A program made the position numbers and the translations under genes. A stretch of 64,000 nucleotides of DNA from an uncultured Bacteroidales bacterium (GTDB lineage Bacteria; Bacteroidota; Bacteroidia; Bacteroidales; P3): the NCBI GenBank assembly GCA_905233475.1, contig CAJOEN010000001.1:62413-126412 (forward strand), written 5' to 3'. The notes beneath the pieces were generated by a model that was not told where the DNA came from, did not search any database, and saw only the letters and a list, made by a program, of their open reading frames with translations. The first letter of the stretch is position 1; the number at the start of each line of letters is the position of its first letter. Shown in pieces: positions 56,768 through 64,000 of this stretch.

Positions 56768-56834
56768 CCGCGCATGCCCATAATCCTCCTAACCTCCTTT
56801 AAAAAGGAGGAACTTGGCCTGCGCGCATGCCCAC
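56768..56834. repeat. Intergenic repeat element, copy A (~67 bp with central hairpin)
   Basis: Sequence is cgcgcatgccca-taatcctcctaacctcctttaaaaaggaggaacttggcct-gcgcgcatgcccac. It has an internal hairpin cctccttt/aaaggagg and its own flanking direct repeat cgcgcatgccca. Confidence 0.8.
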
Positions 56835-56975
56835 TTAGCCTAAACACAAACCCATACAAAACGTGGTAGTCCAAACAAGCTCATCCTCTCTTAGGAGGCC
56901 GGGAGGAGTAAAAAAATCTCTGAGGATGGTGAAGAAAAGTCCGGTGACTTTTTGATAGCGAAGCGGAGAATACCC

Positions 56976-57043
56976 CTCGCACGTACCCGAAATCCTCCTA
57001 ACCTCCTTTAAAAAGAAGGAACTTGGACAGCACACGTGCCCAC
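56976..57043. repeat. Intergenic repeat element, copy B (diverged)
   Basis: The core aatcctcctaacctcctttaaaaagaaggaacttgg differs from copy A at one position; the flanks cgcacgtaccc / cacacgtgcccac are degenerate versions of the copy A flanks. Confidence 0.8.
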
Positions 57044-57060
57044 CTACGGAGTAGAAAAAT

Positions 57061-57085
57061 GCGGACTACCGAAAAGGTAATCCGC
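57061..57085 (-). terminator. Rho-independent terminator of ptb (minus strand)
   Basis: Reads gcggattacc-tttt-cggtagtccgc then attttt on the minus strand, 24 nt after the stop at 57109. Confidence 0.6.
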
Positions 57086-57108
57086 TAAAAATATGTCCTT
57101 TACTCTGA

Positions 57109-58017
57109 TTATTTGCACTGTAACGATGCCAAAGCTATGGAATAGAGCTTTGTTTTTGCGGAGTCGCCGCGAGAGGTAAGTACACAAGGCACTTTGGCCC
57201 CAACTACCATGCAACCTAATTCGGCACCGGCAAATTTGGTACATGTTTTGTAGAATACATTGCCAGATTCGATATTGGGGAAAAGCAGACAGTCGGCATC
57301 GCCGGCTACTTCGCCAGTAAGTTTCTTTATTTGTGCACTTTCTTTATCGATGGCCACGTCGAGGGCAAGAGGTCCGTCCACCAAAGCACCTTTTATTTGT
57401 CCGCGGTCGCCCATTTTGGAGATAATAGCAGCTTCGACACAAGCCGGCATGCCTGTGGAAACCTGTTCGGTGGCAGCTAAAACAGCTACTTTGGGTTTAT
57501 CTATCTGCAACGATTTGGCGGTGCTTACAAGGTAACCGAGTATGGCTTGTTTCTGTTTCATGTCGGGAGCAGGAACTATAGCCACATCACTGGCTATAAG
57601 GAGTTTGTGGTAGGAAGGCACCTCAAAAACGGCTATATGAGTGAGCATGTCGTTCTTTTTGCCGGGCATAAGTCCCGTTTCCTTGTTGAGTATGGCGCGC
57701 ATATATTTGTCGGTGCTCAGGAGACCTTTCATCAGAAAGTCGCCTTCACCTTTGTTGATAAGGCTTACAGCTACCACACCGGCTTTTGTTTCGTCGGCTT
57801 CCTGCACTATTTTGAACACCGAAGCGTCGAAACCATGTTCGGCACAAACATTTTTAATTGTGGCTTCGTCGCCTACGAGGGTGGCATCCACTATGCCTGC
57901 CTTTATAGCGTTGTAAACAGCCTCTATGGTGTGGGCATCGTTGGCGTATGCCGCAACCAGACGTTTTTTTCCTTTGGATTTGGCTAATGCCAAAACATCA
58001 TCTAATTTAGTAATCAT
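57109..58017 (-). CDS. ptb: Phosphate butyryltransferase / phosphate acyltransferase (PTA_PTB family)
   Basis: 302 aa from MITKLDDVLALAKSKGKKRLVAAYANDAHTIEAV... (typical Ptb N-terminus). The 20 extra codons in the track ORF run towards the promoter region. Confidence 0.75.
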   Translation of the reverse strand: MITKLDDVLALAKSKGKKRLVAAYANDAHTIEAVYNAIKAGIVDATLVGDEATIKNVCAEHGFDASVFKIVQEADETKAGVVAVSLINKGEGDFLMKGLLSTDKYMRAILNKETGLMPGKKNDMLTHIAVFEVPSYHKLLIASDVAIVPAPDMKQKQAILGYLVSTAKSLQIDKPKVAVLAATEQVSTGMPACVEAAIISKMGDRGQIKGALVDGPLALDVAIDKESAQIKKLTGEVAGDADCLLFPNIESGNVFYKTCTKFAGAELGCMVVGAKVPCVLTSRGDSAKTKLYSIALASLQCK

Positions 58018-58064
58018 TGCGTTATGCTTTTTTATTATATTAATACGGTATTTAATTGAGATTG

Positions 58065-58072
58065 CAAATATA
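58065..58072 (-). promoter_or_regulatory. -7 promoter box (TAtaTTTG on minus strand)
   Basis: Reverse complement of caaatata, 48 nt upstream of the ATG at 58017. Confidence 0.45.
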
Positions 58073-58276
58073 CGCAAAAAATAACTGATTTCGGCAGGCT
58101 ACGGCGTTTTTTTGTTTATTGACATAGGATGAATTGGTGGATTTTGCCCTACGGCACACAAAAAAATATCTTTTTTTTCGTACTTTTTTGTAAAAAAAAC
58201 AGCCTTTTCGGGTGTCAATACAATAAAAAAGTTTTTTTTTTGTTTTATATTGATTATTTATAACACTTACGAACCG

Positions 58277-59683
58277 ATGAAGAGAATCGTTTTGGCAATA
58301 GCCACTCTTATGCTTGTTGCAGGAGCTACTAACGCAGCCCCAAAAAAAGGATACAAAATTGTTGTTTCGATAAAAAACGCCAAGGATACCGTGCTTTACA
58401 TGGGGCACTACTATGGGAAATACACGCCCTCAATGGACACTGCCCATATCAACAAAAAAGGGGAGTTTGTTTTCGAAAGCAAGACAAAGGAGGCCAAGCC
58501 CGGAGTATATTTCTTTTCCAATCCGCAGGGACGCTACGCGGAGTTCATAATAAACCTCGACCGCCCCAATTTCACCCTAAAAACCGACGAGGTGAACTGG
58601 ATTACCAATATGAAAGTGTTGGGCTCGCCCGAAAACAAGGCTTTTTACGACTACCAACGCATTACCCATTTGTATTACAACAAAATTGACTCCATAAACA
58701 AAAACACCGCCGACAAGGAGTTGGCAAAAAAACAGGCATACACCCTACGTATGCAACTCGACAGCATTAAGGAGAACCTTGTTCGCACCCATCCCGAATT
58801 CCTGTTTTGCCGTATGCTACAGGCTACCAAAGACATATACGTACCTATTACCAACGAAAAAGGCGATACCCTTAGCAAAACAGAACGTGCCGAATATTAC
58901 GGCGAACATTATTTCGACAGCATGTCGCTCGACAACAACGCCATGGTTCGCACCCCCTCACAGGTGTTTTACGACCGCGTAGAGCGTTTCTTCGACGGAT
59001 ACTTAGGCTCCGCCTCGCCAGATGTTATTTGCGAATATGCCGACAAGGTGATAGACAAATCGCGTCCCGCCAAAGATGTGTTCCAGTTTCTTGTGAACCA
59101 CCTTGCGGAGAAATACCTGCGTAGCCACGTGATGACACACGATGCTGTTTATGTGCACATGATAGAGAAATACTACGCCACCGGCGAGGCGTTCTGGGCT
59201 TCGCCATCCGATATTGACGCCGAAGTGGCACGTGCCACCAAATGGAAACATCTGCTGGTAGGCAAGGACGCACCCGATTTCGGCGTGCTTTACAACGACC
59301 AATGGCATTTCCTCAACGAAATCAAAAACAAATACACTCTGCTGATTTTTTGGTCGCCTACATGCGGACACTGCGCAACTATGATTCCCGAGCTGCACGA
59401 TTTTTACAAGAAATACGGCAAAAAATACGACATAGGAACTTTCGCCATCAACACCGACATACACGAGGTAGAAAAATGGAAGGAATTTATAAAGGACAAA
59501 GACCTGTTCGACTGGAACAACTACAACGGCGGCGTGGCCAACGTGGATTGGAAAGACCTCTACGACGTAATTTCGACACCAGTGGTGTATCTGCTCGACA
59601 AAGACCATAAAATTCTTGCAAAAAAAATCGACGCAAAAATCCTGACAGAGATTTTCAAAATATTGGAACCCGGTTTCGAATAA
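58277..59683 (+). CDS. TlpA-like thiol:disulfide oxidoreductase with a long N-terminal domain
   Basis: Signal peptide MKRIVLAIATLMLVAGATNA; C-terminal thioredoxin fold with LLIFWSPTCGHC. Confidence 0.75.
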   Translation: MKRIVLAIATLMLVAGATNAAPKKGYKIVVSIKNAKDTVLYMGHYYGKYTPSMDTAHINKKGEFVFESKTKEAKPGVYFFSNPQGRYAEFIINLDRPNFTLKTDEVNWITNMKVLGSPENKAFYDYQRITHLYYNKIDSINKNTADKELAKKQAYTLRMQLDSIKENLVRTHPEFLFCRMLQATKDIYVPITNEKGDTLSKTERAEYYGEHYFDSMSLDNNAMVRTPSQVFYDRVERFFDGYLGSASPDVICEYADKVIDKSRPAKDVFQFLVNHLAEKYLRSHVMTHDAVYVHMIEKYYATGEAFWASPSDIDAEVARATKWKHLLVGKDAPDFGVLYNDQWHFLNEIKNKYTLLIFWSPTCGHCATMIPELHDFYKKYGKKYDIGTFAINTDIHEVEKWKEFIKDKDLFDWNNYNGGVANVDWKDLYDVISTPVVYLLDKDHKILAKKIDAKILTEIFKILEPGFE

Positions 59684-59726
59684 TGGGTGCGGACTATGCA
59701 TATTTCCTCACCCTCACAGCATAAAT

Positions 59727-59762
59727 AACAGTCTTTCATCACCAAAAGGCTGTTGTTTTTTT
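59727..59762 (+). terminator. Rho-independent terminator
   Basis: 9-bp stem aacagtctt/aaggctgtt (one G-U pair) followed by gttttttt. Confidence 0.6.
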
Positions 59763-59792
59763 AGAAAAGATATTGAGATAAACACACTGTAA

Positions 59793-60998
59793 ATGAGAAT
59801 ACTGCACACAAGCGACTGGCATTTGGGACAAAATTTCAACGATTTCGACCGTAGCGACGAACATGCCGCTTTTTTTGAACATCTCTACGCAATGGCTCGC
59901 GACAGGCGTCCCGACGTTATTGTGGTGAGCGGCGACATTTTCGACACCACCGCGCCGCCCATAGGTGCGCAGGATATGTACAACCGTCAGATGATACGCC
60001 TTTCGGAACTGAAAATACCAATAGTTGTCACCGCCGGCAACCACGACAGTGCTTCGCGTTTGGAGGTGTCGGAACCACTATGGAGCAGGTTCGGGCTTGC
60101 TGTGGTTGGCAATCTGCAGTTCACTCCAGACGGCCAAGTGGATACCGACCGCCATATAGTGGAAATCCCCGACAAAGGCTTTGTGGTGGCGGTACCATAT
60201 ATATACAAATACCGCTACCCCGAAATTCCCGACAAAGCCGATGCTACCATTGAGGAACGCATGGAATATTTCCACAACATCCTTCTGAAAAGGGCAGCCG
60301 AACGCAATACCGCCAAGCTGCCTGTGGTTATGACGGCACATTTGGCCGTTGCCGAAAACGCCGAAAAAACCGACTACGACGAGCGTATAGCTGCAATGGA
60401 GTTCTGCAACATAAAAAGCATGGGCAAGGGTTGGGACTATCTTGCTTTGGGACACATACACCGCCCTTCCAGCACATGGAATAAGCACGTGCGCTATTGC
60501 GGAAGTCCCATACCACTGAGTTTCGACGAAACTACACCGCGCAGCGTGTCTGTGGTGGACATAGAAAGCCTCGGTGCCGAACCTCGGATAGAGGAGGTGG
60601 AGATACCACAAATGCGCCGTATGCTTACCGTCCCCGCCGAGCCCAAGCCGCTGAACGAGGCTGTGGCCGAACTTGCCATGCTCAAGGCCGACGAAGAGTG
60701 CTACGTGCGGCTCAACCTGCTTATAACCGACCTCCCCGACGGCGATGCGGGCATTCGCGCCCAAAATGCCCTGCAAGGCAAAAAAGCACGTTACTGCGGC
60801 ACTAAACTCACAAAGGCGATTTTCTCCCCCGCCACAGACTCAACACAGCCCTTGGTATCCGTTGCCAACATCAACAACGACCCTATGGCCATTGCCAAAG
60901 CCTATTACCTGCAAAAAAACGGCGTGGATATGCCCGATGACATTTCGGCCATGCTAAAGTTCGCCATAGACGAAACTATCAACCAAAATAGATTGTAG
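59793..60998 (+). CDS. sbcD: Exonuclease SbcCD, nuclease subunit D (Mre11-like)
   Basis: 401 aa with the phosphoesterase motifs MRILHTSDWHLG, SGDIFD, GNHDS and GHIH. Confidence 0.85.
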   Translation: MRILHTSDWHLGQNFNDFDRSDEHAAFFEHLYAMARDRRPDVIVVSGDIFDTTAPPIGAQDMYNRQMIRLSELKIPIVVTAGNHDSASRLEVSEPLWSRFGLAVVGNLQFTPDGQVDTDRHIVEIPDKGFVVAVPYIYKYRYPEIPDKADATIEERMEYFHNILLKRAAERNTAKLPVVMTAHLAVAENAEKTDYDERIAAMEFCNIKSMGKGWDYLALGHIHRPSSTWNKHVRYCGSPIPLSFDETTPRSVSVVDIESLGAEPRIEEVEIPQMRRMLTVPAEPKPLNEAVAELAMLKADEECYVRLNLLITDLPDGDAGIRAQNALQGKKARYCGTKLTKAIFSPATDSTQPLVSVANINNDPMAIAKAYYLQKNGVDMPDDISAMLKFAIDETINQNRL

Positions 60999-61005
60999 AT
61001 TACCT

Positions 61006-64000
61006 ATGATTTTCAAAAAGATAGCTATAAACAACATTGCTTCCATCGAAAAAGCCGAAATAAATTTTGCCGAAGGTCTGTTGGGCAATCAGCCGATATT
61101 CCTTATCTACGGAAAAACAGGTGCCGGCAAAACCACCATACTCGACGCCATCTGTCTGGCCTTGTACAACAGCGTGCCACGCTTGGAAAGCAGTCCAAAG
61201 GACAGCTATGACGACAACATGATTGCCCGCGACAACACTGCCGTAAACAGCACTTTGGTACTGGTACGCAGAGGGGCGACAACGGCTCAGGTGGATTTCA
61301 CTTTCGAAGGTAACGACGGAAAGACCTACATCGCCCGCTGGACGGCCGAATCCGTAACAAGGGGCGAGAACAAGGGCAAACTGAAAGGCTTCCCTTCGAG
61401 GGAACTGCAATGCCTAACCGACGGCAGACTGCTTAACAAAGAAAATGAAATAAAAGACTGCATAAAGGACAGTAGTTGCGTCGGCCTCGATTTCAAACAG
61501 TTCTGTCGCACAACAATGCTTGCTCAGGGCGAATTCACCAAATTTCTGAAAAGCGACGACACGGAAAAAGCCGAGATTCTCGAAAAACTCACCGGAACCG
61601 AAATATACACAGCAATTGGACAAAAGATAGCCGAACTTACCAGCCGTAAAAATCGTGAACGTGAACTCCTTGCAAACCGCATTGCCGACCGGCACACGCT
61701 GTCAGATGAAGAGATACAGAAACTTACCGACGAGTCTGTTCAGCTACAAAACACTGTTAACCAATTAGATAAGAATATTACCGAATGTAATACCAAACTA
61801 ACTTGGCTTCAACGTCATTCGCAACTGCAAACCGAACTAAACACCAACGTACAACTGCTATCGCAATTGGAGCTACAACAGAACTCCGAAACACATCGTA
61901 CAAAACTGCAAACTGTGTCTGATTGGAAACAGACTGTGGAAATACGACGCTGCACTGCCGATTGTAACAACGAAAAAAATCGTCGGGCGGAACTTGGAAA
62001 AGAAGAACATCGTCTGTCCACAGAGTTTTTCACCCTCACAGGAAAACGGCTTTATCTTTTAAAACTGATAGAATCCATTGAAAATGACCTAAAAACAACA
62101 CGTGAAAAACTCCAACAATACTCCGAGGCGGAGGAATGTATGCTCGACAACGCCCAAAGTATATCCGAAAGGCTTAAAACTCTGCAAAACCATGCTAACG
62201 ACGCAACAAAACACCACATCGAAGCCGAGAAAAACAAAGAACGGCTGAAAGAACTTCAAAACACCAAAGATACCGCGATTGCAGATTTGGAGAAAGCCAC
62301 AAAGACACTGAACGACAAAGACATAGAATTACAGGAAGCGAAAAGCCTGTTGGCGTCAAAAAATTTCGACCAACTGCAAAAACGTATGCAGAACCTTCTC
62401 TCCTATTCCAACGCCCTGAAGACCCTCATTTCGGCACGGGAGCAGATGGAGAAATCCGCCTCCGAAACCGAAAACACAAAAAAACTTTTGGAATTACAAC
62501 AGAAACTCCTCCCCGACAAGGAATTAGCTTTCAAAACCGCCGACAACGAACTATCCAAAGCCGAGCGTGATTACGAAAAGGTTTATCAGAGCCTCGACAA
62601 CCACGCAAAAGCCATTCGCAGCAAACTCGAAACTGGCGATATATGCCCCGTTTGCGGCAATAAGGTGGAACAACTGCTTTCCGACGATGAAATCAAAAAA
62701 ATAATAGAGCCCATCGAACAGCGTAAAAACGAACTAAAAAACATCCAAATCGAGGCCGAGAAGGAACTGAATGAGTTGAACAATGCCATAAAGGTATTAA
62801 GTCTCGACTTGCAGTCGAAAACCGCCGAACTTGAAAACAAAAAATCGCAATACTCCAAACAGCTATCTGATACGCAATTACTTTGCACCAACGCAAACCG
62901 TACTTGGAATGACGACCTCGAAACAGAAAACAATCTCATAGTTCAAGCTAAAACGCAATGCGAACAGGAATTACAGCACGCCAACAAGTTGCAGGAAGAG
63001 GTAAACCGCCTTCAAGAGGATTTCAATAAACTTGATAAACAACGGCAAGAGGCCGAGAAAAACAAAATTGTCGCCGAAAACAACGTAAACAACTGTAATA
63101 CAGCCATTGCCAACGCCACAAAAAACGAGTTGGATTGCCAAGAAAAATACAACTTACTTCACATCGAACTCGACAACACCATCACCCTCCCCGACTGGGA
63201 CAAGAACATCGACGACACACGAATCAACATCTCCGGCAAAGCCGAAAATCACAAAAAACTTAAAGAACATCAAACAAAACGCGAAGGAGATGTGGAAAGG
63301 CTTAAAACCGTAGAATCTTCTATCACAGATAGTTACAATACTGTAAAAAAACTGTTCCCCTCTTGGACGGAAAGCCTTGAGCCCCAACAGATTGTAACCG
63401 AAGACCATAACCTTTGGAATTCCCTTCAGGCCGACGCCAAGTCGCTTTTCCAAAACCAAACCGAAAACATAAAAAGGATTGGCGAACTGCAACTCCTAAT
63501 TGATGACTTTTATACCCAAAAACCGTCGATAACCGCCGAAATAGTGAAACATCTGTCGGCTTTTTCACAAACTGAAATCGACAATTTGGAACGCGACCTA
63601 CTTCAATTCGACAAGCAATTGAATGCCTGCAAAGCCATTGTAGGACAGAAAAACAAGGAAATTGACGAACACAACGCCACCAAACCCCGGCTTTCCGACG
63701 ACGACACTTTGGAAATGCTTACCCAAAAAGCCAACATACATACGCAACAAAGCGACACTCTAAAACAACAAATCGGCGCCATAGACAACCAACTGAAAAC
63801 CAACGCCCAGAACTCCGAAGAGACAAAAAAAATGCAAAAGCAATACGAAAGCCTTTGCAAAGAATACGGTTCTTGGGACAGGCTTAACCGCATGTTCGGC
63901 ACCAATGACGCTAAATTTCAACGCATTGCCCAAAGTTTTCTTTTGGGACAGATTTTGGAAACGTCCAACTACTACCTGCGACAGTTCAATCCACGCTATG
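61006..64000 (+). CDS. sbcC: Exonuclease SbcCD, ATPase subunit C (Rad50-like), 3'-truncated by the window edge
   Basis: Open frame from the ATG at 61006 to the window end; it is not in the ORF track because no stop is reached. Walker A GKTGAGKTT, long coiled coil with a CPVCG zinc hook (~62644-62658), and near the end FGTNDAKFQRIAQSFLLGQILETSNYYLRQFNPRY. Confidence 0.85.
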   Translation, partial: MIFKKIAINNIASIEKAEINFAEGLLGNQPIFLIYGKTGAGKTTILDAICLALYNSVPRLESSPKDSYDDNMIARDNTAVNSTLVLVRRGATTAQVDFTFEGNDGKTYIARWTAESVTRGENKGKLKGFPSRELQCLTDGRLLNKENEIKDCIKDSSCVGLDFKQFCRTTMLAQGEFTKFLKSDDTEKAEILEKLTGTEIYTAIGQKIAELTSRKNRERELLANRIADRHTLSDEEIQKLTDESVQLQNTVNQLDKNITECNTKLTWLQRHSQLQTELNTNVQLLSQLELQQNSETHRTKLQTVSDWKQTVEIRRCTADCNNEKNRRAELGKEEHRLSTEFFTLTGKRLYLLKLIESIENDLKTTREKLQQYSEAEECMLDNAQSISERLKTLQNHANDATKHHIEAEKNKERLKELQNTKDTAIADLEKATKTLNDKDIELQEAKSLLASKNFDQLQKRMQNLLSYSNALKTLISAREQMEKSASETENTKKLLELQQKLLPDKELAFKTADNELSKAERDYEKVYQSLDNHAKAIRSKLETGDICPVCGNKVEQLLSDDEIKKIIEPIEQRKNELKNIQIEAEKELNELNNAIKVLSLDLQSKTAELENKKSQYSKQLSDTQLLCTNANRTWNDDLETENNLIVQAKTQCEQELQHANKLQEEVNRLQEDFNKLDKQRQEAEKNKIVAENNVNNCNTAIANATKNELDCQEKYNLLHIELDNTITLPDWDKNIDDTRINISGKAENHKKLKEHQTKREGDVERLKTVESSITDSYNTVKKLFPSWTESLEPQQIVTEDHNLWNSLQADAKSLFQNQTENIKRIGELQLLIDDFYTQKPSITAEIVKHLSAFSQTEIDNLERDLLQFDKQLNACKAIVGQKNKEIDEHNATKPRLSDDDTLEMLTQKANIHTQQSDTLKQQIGAIDNQLKTNAQNSEETKKMQKQYESLCKEYGSWDRLNRMFGTNDAKFQRIAQSFLLGQILETSNYYLRQFNPRY

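Noticed and set aside
56900-56960. RNase P RNA-like string gaagaaaagtccgg
   Set aside because: It resembles the GAGGAAAGTCCGG box only partially. No ACAGAACCCGGCTTA-type CR-V element or appropriate length and structure is present on either strand.
56835-57244. 66-aa minus-strand ORFs in the radC-ptb spacer and terminator region
   Set aside because: They span the repeated element and the ptb terminator and have no promoter or start context. They are most likely non-coding.

Overview
The window looks like a chromosomal segment of a Bacteroidales (Bacteroidota) genome. Supporting signs are TAnnTTTG -7 promoter boxes in front of most transcription units, a fused SecDF, the bamD-rpoZ pair, the hemD-like/rnpA/yidD cluster, and a PorV-family gene. 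Most of it is housekeeping: a Cys/Met PLP enzyme, an MFS sugar transporter, BamD, RpoZ, a parvulin/SurA-like chaperone operon with MoxR and panB, kbl, ettA, an ECF-type sigma factor, ung, rnpA, yidD, HIT, greA, secDF, radC, ptb, a TlpA-like redoxin and sbcDC. I recognised no rRNA, tRNA, CRISPR array, integrase or transposase. Four accessory patches stand out. (1) An island of about 8.4 kb (about 20.6-28.9 kb) lies between a DUF805 gene and ettA. It holds a tightly packed five-gene type I restriction-modification operon, hsdR-hsdM-(Bro-N/Fic)-hsdS-(ApeA-like HEPN protein), with nuclease-like gene debris at its edge. This is my best candidate for a composite or undescribed defence system. (2) Two divergent AAA ATPase genes with a DUF4143/PD-(D/E)xK-like C-terminus are each preceded by their own array of tandem direct repeats. 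The second sits beside a frameshifted gene and a HEPN-MNT toxin-antitoxin pair. (3) A 1.2-kb AT-rich cargo segment after ung is followed by a decayed second copy of the ung 3' end. (4) A roughly 9.6-kb envelope operon encodes an oversized TonB-dependent-receptor-like barrel, a 1609-aa secreted protein with a T9SS-CTD-like tail, and a PorV-family barrel. Also of note are a 740-aa membrane protein with two Rossmann-like modules and a RyR-like C-terminal domain, and a duplicated 67-bp intergenic hairpin element. All functional calls rest on motifs read from the translations; no database search was possible.
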